DNA of 64,000 nucleotides, from the NCBI GenBank assembly GCA_965237685.1, contig CBDEGF010000004.1, positions 463,344-527,343 on the forward strand. Reading direction: 5' to 3'. The translations under genes and the position numbers were made by a program. Below the pieces are notes generated by a model that made no database searches, was not told the DNA's origin, and was given only the letters and a program-made list of their open reading frames with translations. This stretch comes from Candidatus Marinacidobacterales bacterium. GTDB lineage: Bacteria > Acidobacteriota > Vicinamibacteria > Marinacidobacterales > SMYC01. Positions 58,439 through 64,000 of the stretch are shown piece after piece (positions within the stretch are counted from its first letter, which is position 1; each line of letters starts with the position of its first letter).

Positions 58439-59581
58439 TCAGTCGGAAGTGGTCGCCGCGAATCGTAGCGGCTGCCCTACGAGCCTTCCATGATCCGCGC
58501 CAGGCCTCGGCCGAAACTTCTGAGCCCTTCCGTTGGTCACTTCGGCGAGATACAGATTGCCGTCCTGATCTACGCTGATCTGATGCACACCCCCGAGCGC
58601 ACCGGGGTACCTTCCAGCCGTGCCCCAGGAGTCCAGTAGCTTCCCGTTGAGGTCGTACTTCAATATCTTGGCGGTGGAACCGTCGGCGACCCAGAGGTGC
58701 TGGTCGGCAGACATGTAGAGATGAAACGGGGAGCGGATGTTGGGCCATTCGTCGAGGTACTTTCCGTTCTCATCAAAAATCTGGATCCGGCGGTTCGAGC
58801 GGTCTGATACGTACACGCGACGCTGATCGTCGATGGCAATGCCATGGAGCAGGTCGAACTGGCCGGGACCGGTACCCTGCTCGCCCCACTCCATGAGATA
58901 CTCACCGTCTTTCGAGAACTTCACCACCCGCCTATTGATGTAGCCGTCGGTTACGAAAAACGTGCCGTCGGGCAGCCAGGCGATGTCGGTCGGCCCTGCG
59001 AAATGGCTTTCATCGTTGCCCGCGCCGCCCTCGCCCAGGGTCATCACCAGTTCCTTGCCGTCATTGGTGAATTTGAAGATCTGATGGTTGCCGTCCGTTG
59101 ACGCAGGCGCCAGGCCTGCCGAGACAATCCAAACATGCTTCTCGGGGTCGTAGGGGCTGATCAGAATCTTGTGGGGCCTGTACAACAGCTTGTCATGCTG
59201 CGTCCAAGTGTCGATCAGCTTCCCGTTCCCATCGACCACCAGCAAGCAATGCTCCCAGCGTGGATCGGCTGAGGTGGCCGCTCGCTGTGAACTACCCGGA
59301 GGCAGGACTGGTAGCTCGCCACGCTGAAGGATGAAAATTTTGTCTGGCGTTTCGGCAAAGATGCCCGCCGTCGACCCCCAGGTCCATCCCTCGTGGTCCG
59401 CCAGAGGCTGCGGCCAGTCCTCCACGACTTCGTACGGGCCCGTTAAATCTTCACCACCCTTCTCATGAACTTCGGCCGGGGATTGCTGGACCTCGACCTG
59501 GCCTTGTTGATCGGGTGCCGGGGCGCACATGGCCGCCGTCAGGCCCAGGGCTACCGCCCCACCCCAAATCCGCAAATTCAT
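58439..59581 (-). CDS. Secreted NHL-repeat six-bladed beta-propeller protein
   Basis: Signal peptide MNLRIWGGAVALGLTAAMCAPA. NHL-type repeats include HGIAIDDQRRVYVSDRSNRRIQIFDENGKYL and HQISVDQDGNLYLAEVTNGRAQKF. Confidence 0.75.
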   Translation of the reverse strand: MNLRIWGGAVALGLTAAMCAPAPDQQGQVEVQQSPAEVHEKGGEDLTGPYEVVEDWPQPLADHEGWTWGSTAGIFAETPDKIFILQRGELPVLPPGSSQRAATSADPRWEHCLLVVDGNGKLIDTWTQHDKLLYRPHKILISPYDPEKHVWIVSAGLAPASTDGNHQIFKFTNDGKELVMTLGEGGAGNDESHFAGPTDIAWLPDGTFFVTDGYINRRVVKFSKDGEYLMEWGEQGTGPGQFDLLHGIAIDDQRRVYVSDRSNRRIQIFDENGKYLDEWPNIRSPFHLYMSADQHLWVADGSTAKILKYDLNGKLLDSWGTAGRYPGALGGVHQISVDQDGNLYLAEVTNGRAQKFRPRPGADHGRLVGQPLRFAATTSD

Positions 59582-59760
59582 GGTGACCTCCTTCCACGCC
59601 TTGCAGATACGTCAATACCCCTAGGGAGGGTCTAAATTCTGCGGAATTGTACGCGGCTCCGAATTCCTGGCGCAAGCGACATGAGCTAGAATCGATTGCG
59701 CGAGGTGGGATTGTCTTGCCGCGCCGATTCGGTAGGGTCGGCCTCTACGGGAGTAGCACC

Positions 59761-61009
59761 CGTGCCCGAGATACGAAACGCCGCCATCCGCCGCTTTCTC
59801 GAGGAACAGCGCGCGCGCCAGATGGACTTTCTTGCCGAGCTCGTCCAGGTTCCCTCCGATAATCCGCCCGGCGACACCGCCCGGCACGGGCTGCGCGCAG
59901 CCCAGTTGCTGGAAGGTCTCGGCCTCGAAGTCGAGCGGCACCCGATTTCCGGGCGGGAGTGCCGCGCCAACGGGATGATCAGCGCCACCAATCTGGTGGT
60001 CCGGCGCCGCTTCGGCAACGGCCCCACGGTCGCCCTCAACGCCCACGGCGACGTCGTCGCGCCGGGTGAGGGTTGGACGACCGATCCCTACGGCGCCGAA
60101 GTCCGTGACGGCGTCATGTACGGTCGCGGAGTGGCCGTCTCCAAATCCGACTTCGCGACCTATACGTTCGCGCTCCTTGCCCTCGAAGCGGCGGAGGCGC
60201 TCGCCTCGGGCACGGTCGAGCTCCACTTCACTTACGACGAAGAGGCCGGCGGCGCGATCGGGCCCAAGTGGCTGCTCGACAAGGGGCTGTCGAAGCCCGA
60301 TTTCGCGCTGTCCGCCGGGTTCTCGTATTCGGTAGTCACCGCGCACGACGGTTGCCTGCATCTGGAGGTCGAGGTGAGCGGTAAATCCGCCCACGCGGCC
60401 CGCCCGGACACGGGCCACGACGCGCTCGAGGCGGCCACGAAAATCCTTTCCGCGCTGTACGCCGAGCGTGCGGGTTACCCGGATATCCGCTCCGAAGTCG
60501 AGGGCATTGATTCACCGTCCCTCGTCGTCGGCCTGATAGAGGGCGGCATCAACACCAACGTGGTCCCGGACAGGGTCAGCTTCCGCCTCGACCGACGAAT
60601 GATTCCGGAGGAGCGGCCGGAGGCGGTCGAAGCCCGTTTGCGCGATGTCGTGAATTCTGCCGCTGCAAGCTTTCCTGGCATTTCGGTGAATGTGCGACGC
60701 GTCTTGCTGGCTGAGCCCTTCAAGCCACTCCCGGGCGTCGATCACCTGGTAGAGCCTCTGGCGCGTCACGCGAGCGATATTTTCGGGACCCGCGTCTCGA
60801 CACACGGCATCCCGCTGTACACCGATGCGCGCCACTACGCCGCCGCCGGTATCCCCACCGTGCTTTACGGGGCCGGCCCCCGCAGTCTGCTCGAGGCGAA
60901 CGCCCACCGCGCCGACGAGTGCCTCGTCCTCGACGACCTATGGAAGGCGACGGAGGTGGTCGCCCGCACCCTTGCCGATCTTCTTGAGAACGGTCGGGAG
61001 CCGTCCTGA
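59761..61009 (+). CDS. M20-family metallopeptidase (ArgE/DapE-like deacylase)
   Basis: LNAHGDVVAPGEGW, GRGVAVSKSD and HFTYDEEAGG fit the family. GTG 59761 is chosen as start; the track start at 59696 is possible. Confidence 0.8.
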
Positions 61010-61032
61010 GAACAAAGCCGAGTCAGGCGTGC

Positions 61033-61057
61033 GGGCCCTCCTTTCACGAAAGGGCCC
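61033..61057 (+). terminator. 7-bp GC hairpin downstream of the M20 gene (weak terminator candidate)
   Basis: GGGCCCT (61033-61039) pairs with AGGGCCC (61051-61057), leaving an 11-nt loop and no U-tract. Confidence 0.25.
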
Positions 61058-61404
61058 ATCGCTCAGGATTCGAGCAGTAGGGTCTTATAAGGCCAAAACC
61101 CGAGCTGGCAAAGACACTGCATTTCACGAAGGGGCGGGCGCGCAAATACTTTTCGAAACAGCATCTTACAAACTCGCTGGCGGTGCATGACAGCTTCCTT
61201 GTCACTGGGCCTATGAGCAACGAAGCGGCGCTCACAGGCGGGTTGTTCTTCGGCTTCGGCGACGACGAGGTGACGATGGAACAGCGCCTTCCGTCCGAGT
61301 ACGGCGTCGTCCCCACGACGGGTTACGTTTCGTTGAGCTTGTTCTCTTGAGCAGGTTGATCTCTCGCGCCGTGAGGGGCACAATTGCTCCCGAGGGGGGA
61401 AGCC

Positions 61405-61998
61405 ATGTCCCTCGAGCCCGGTTCGCGCCTCGGTTCTTACGAGATTCTCTCCGCCATTGGTGCGGGCGGAATGGGCGAGGTTTACCGCGCCAAGCACGTC
61501 AAGCTCGGCCGGGACGTCGCCATCAAGGTTCTACCCAGCGATCTCGCCGCAGACCCCGGGCGTCTCAAGCGGTTCGAGCGCGAAGCCCGCAGCGCATCGG
61601 CTCTGAACCATCCCAACATCGTCACCATTCACGACATCGCCGAGCACGAAGGCACGACCTACATCGCAATGGAGCTCGTCGAAGGACGAACGCTGCGGGA
61701 GCTGCTCCGAGACGGCCCTCTCCCCGTTGCGAAGGCGACTGATCTCGCCGGCCAGATTTGCGAAGGACTCGGCAAAGCCCACGCGGCCGGCATCGTCCAC
61801 CGCGATTTGAAGCCCGACAACGTGATGGTCACCGACGACGGCCTGGTCAAGATCCTGGACTTCGGTCTGGCCAAGCCGATCGCTCGCGGAGCGGGTGACG
61901 ATTCCAAGATGACGACCTTGACGAAAGGCACGGCCGAAGGTGTCATCGTCGGCACCGCGTACTACATGTCGCCCGAGCAGAGTCAAGCCCATTCTTAG
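61405..61998 (+). pseudogene. Hanks-type Ser/Thr protein kinase, truncated within subdomain VIII by an IS256-like insertion
   Basis: GAGGMGEVYRAKH, VAIKVL, HRDLKPDNVMV, DFGLAK and GTAYYMSPEQ are followed by foreign sequence (SQAHS*). Start chosen at ATG 61405, after GAGGGGGGA. Confidence 0.8.
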
Positions 61999-63272
61999 TT
62001 GAAACTCTCCACGGCTCACGATTACGCGACCTTCTTCTTCGATACGGTTGATGTCTTCGCCTCGATCTTCAGTTCCCGCTTGAGAGCTTCGCGAAGCTTC
62101 GGGAGATGGCGGTAGCCCACCACCTTCCTCAAGCGCGGTTCGATGTCCACGAGCGCCGTCGCCAGCCAGCGCTGGCGTTGGCTCGAGTTCTTCCAGTGGT
62201 CGACCTTCGCGCAGCGTTCCTCCACCAGGGCATTGACGGATTCAAGGCAGTTCGTCGTCTTGAACGAACGGCCCAGCACCCCGTATACGCCGAGTCGATG
62301 CACGCTCAGCGTCTCCTCGAGTCCTTCCTCCAAGCTGCCAGCTGCGGATTGGTTCCGCTCTTCTAACTCACCGTGAAGTTGCTCGAGCGCAGCGAGGGCG
62401 TCTTTGTACTCCGGCCTGTTGTAGGCCCTCTGAAGCCGCTTGCGCCACGACCCCTGCTCGCCCTTGGACAGGTAGCTCACTACGTTTTCACGTTTGCGCC
62501 ACTGGCAGCGTTGTATCAGGGCCCGCTTACGGAATGCCTTCTTTACTGCCGCTTGGAGACCCTTGCCGCCGTCGATGATCACCAGTAGACCCTGGGAGAT
62601 ATCGAGTCCCCGCTCGAGCAGTGAACGCAGAAACGGCGTCAACACCTGCGCGTTCTCCGTGTCCGTCTCCACGAAGCCCAAGAAGCGTTTTTCCCCAGAA
62701 AGCGTAATGCCCAGCGCCACAACCATCGTGGCGTCGGCGAACGTCTTCCCGTCTAGAAACAGCGCCACCACATCCTCGCCGGATAGATCCCGTTCCTGCA
62801 TCTCTCGGAGCTTCGTCGCGCTTGCTTCAACGAACTCTCGGGACACCGTCGAGCTCGACAGCCCGATGGCGCCCGGAATCGCTTCCGCTGCCGCCTCGTA
62901 GTTGCGACAGGAGATTCCGTAGAGAACTCGTTTCAGCAGTAGATCATTCACCTCACCGCCGTGGCTCAGCGCCTCGTACGACCGCAGCGGAATCTCTCCT
63001 CCCTCGATGCTCCGAACCCGGGGCACACGGATCGGTACCCGCTGGCCGGCAAGCCCTACCGTGCCCGGGTTGGTTCCGTGACGGCGACCACGCACCGACT
63101 CTTCCTTGCGAGCGTATCGCCCCCCGGCCAACGCCTTCACTTCGTCGTCGAGCAACTCGTGAACGCGCATTAGCCCCAGGGGGACCAACGAACGGATCAT
63201 CTCTATCTTGGCATCCAGCTCGAGCTCCGCGTACTCCTCGCGACTCACGAGCGCGACCTCACCCAAACGACG
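61981..63272 (-). mobile_element. IS256-family element; transposase-distal end at about 61981, transposase-proximal end displaced by the ISKra4 copy
   Basis: Kinase homology stops at 61980. The transposase ORF occupies 62022-63266, and only 6 nt separate its first possible start from the ISKra4 terminus at 63273. Confidence 0.65.
62022..63266 (-). CDS. IS256-family (mutator-type) transposase (414 aa from TTG 63266; N-terminus possibly clipped)
   Basis: EVKALAGGRYARKE, RRHGTNPGTVGLAGQRVPIRVPRVR, VALFLDGKTF, LLVIIDGGKGLQAAVKKAF and QRCQWRKRENV show the IS256 family layout. Confidence 0.8.
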   Translation of the reverse strand: MGEVALVSREEYAELELDAKIEMIRSLVPLGLMRVHELLDDEVKALAGGRYARKEESVRGRRHGTNPGTVGLAGQRVPIRVPRVRSIEGGEIPLRSYEALSHGGEVNDLLLKRVLYGISCRNYEAAAEAIPGAIGLSSSTVSREFVEASATKLREMQERDLSGEDVVALFLDGKTFADATMVVALGITLSGEKRFLGFVETDTENAQVLTPFLRSLLERGLDISQGLLVIIDGGKGLQAAVKKAFRKRALIQRCQWRKRENVVSYLSKGEQGSWRKRLQRAYNRPEYKDALAALEQLHGELEERNQSAAGSLEEGLEETLSVHRLGVYGVLGRSFKTTNCLESVNALVEERCAKVDHWKNSSQRQRWLATALVDIEPRLRKVVGYRHLPKLREALKRELKIEAKTSTVSKKKVA

Positions 63273-63340
63273 GGGCGCAACCTTTTCGTGATCTTGATCA
63301 TTTTTCTACTAGAAATGTTCTCTTGACATAAAAGGAAAAA

Positions 63341-63409
63341 TGAGGTGTCCTTCACAATCCTAAATAAAGAAAACGGTCGCAGCTAAGCGGCCGATGGAGG
63401 GACACCTCA
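63341..63409 (+). promoter_or_regulatory. Leader hairpin in the ISKra4-like element that pairs the SD-to-ATG spacer with an upstream segment
   Basis: TGAGGTGTCC (63341-63350) is perfectly complementary to GGACACCTCA (63400-63409). The 3' arm starts at the last G of GGAGG (63396-63400) and ends immediately before ATG 63410. The same structure occurs in copies 1 and 2 (minus strand, about 37543-37611 and 39034-39102). Confidence 0.45.
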
Positions 63410-64000
63410 ATGAAAAGCAGTATCACGCGGGAGGAGTTTAGTAAAGAAGTAAGTCGTCTATCCGAGGAGTTCGCGGAGCAAGTGTGGCAGGCGGTCGTGG
63501 AAGCGGAAGCTGATGTCGAACGGTGTGACGAGTGGATGCGGGTCAAGGGCAGCGAATACCTGCGTGAGGTACTGGGCAAGGCGCTCAGCCAACGCTCGGA
63601 ACGACTCGGTGTGTCAGGCGCATGCGAATGCGGCGCGTCGATGGAGTTTCGACAACATCGAGCGTTCCGGGTGCACACGGTACTGGCGGGTCGGGATGTG
63701 GAGCTGAGTGTGGTTTACGCTCAGTGCTGTGAGTGTCGTCAAGGCAAGTATCCGCTGCTGGAAGAGATGCGGGTGGACCAGGAGGGATTCACGCAAGCCT
63801 TACAAGAGTTGTCGCTGTTGGCAGGAGTGATCGAACCCTACCGCTCGGCGAGCGAGCAATTGCTGCGAAAGTTCACCGGGGTGGTCGTGAGCTCCGAGAA
63901 GATTCAAAGCTTGGTAGGCGCCGATGGGAAAAAGGCGGAGGGTTTTTCGAAAGAGCCTGCGAACGAGGTGGAAGCTGGAACGGGCAGACGCCATAAGGGA
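63410..64000 (+). CDS. ISKra4-family transposase, first 197 codons (ORF open at the window edge)
   Basis: ATG 63410 begins MKSSITREEFSKEVSRLSEEFAEQVWQ..., as in copies 1 and 2. It is absent from the track because it runs off the window. Confidence 0.85.
   Translation, partial: MKSSITREEFSKEVSRLSEEFAEQVWQAVVEAEADVERCDEWMRVKGSEYLREVLGKALSQRSERLGVSGACECGASMEFRQHRAFRVHTVLAGRDVELSVVYAQCCECRQGKYPLLEEMRVDQEGFTQALQELSLLAGVIEPYRSASEQLLRKFTGVVVSSEKIQSLVGADGKKAEGFSKEPANEVEAGTGRRHKG

Larger units (their letters stand above)
63273..64000 (+). mobile_element. ISKra4-family-like insertion sequence, copy 3 (inverted relative to copies 1 and 2; continues past the window end)
   Basis: It starts GGGCGCAACCTTTTCGTGATCTTGATC, the same terminus as copies 1 and 2. 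The leader carries one variant base of each of the other copies. Confidence 0.85.

Noticed and set aside
61081-61350. Short ORFs between the M20 gene and the kinase: a plus-strand 45-55 aa ORF (..MSNEAALTGGLFFGFGDDEVTMEQRLPSEYGV..) and minus-strand ORFs 61044-61316 and 61063-61497.
   Set aside because: No family motif, no convincing RBS, and the frames overlap each other. The region is left unannotated and could hold a small gene or a degraded one.

Overview
High-GC bacterial chromosomal segment (no rRNA, tRNA or CRISPR found). Gene content resembles an Acidobacteriota-like heterotroph (taxon is inference only): GWxTD, DUF1592/DUF1552, LVIVD, sortilin-type BNR proteins and many secreted peptidases and amidohydrolases. 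About 30 genes look intact. These include kynA-kynU, pruA, a threonine/serine dehydratase, D-aminoacylase, a BNR protein, an S9 peptidase, DUF885, an LVIVD propeller, tyrA, proline dehydrogenase, an AstE/AspA-like enzyme, GWxTD-TPR, a TRAP transporter locus (dctP, dctQM) with an SDR, a DUF1028 protein and an exported hydantoinase-like amidohydrolase, DUF1552, a secreted ankyrin protein, an NHL propeller and an M20 peptidase. Two things stand out. (1) Mobile and repeated DNA from several families: an IS1182-like end, a degenerate IS1595, an IS66-type remnant, three near-identical ISKra4-like copies (two in tandem, one inverted and nested in an IS256-like element that splits a Ser/Thr kinase gene), a 164-225 bp near-palindromic MITE-like family and a REP-like nested-palindrome family. 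(2) About 15 decayed loci with frameshifts, in-frame stops, truncations and fusion junctions. Findings most worth follow-up: a signal-peptide ankyrin protein ending in a polybasic CaaX-like tail (KCVSC), MITEs sitting exactly on CTAG stop codons, the tandem IS dimer with 8-bp duplications, a 224-bp duplication that gave another gene its 5' end, and a T8 tract separating an amidohydrolase from its canonical start. All family names come from motif recognition by eye. Frameshift positions and IS/repeat boundaries are approximate.
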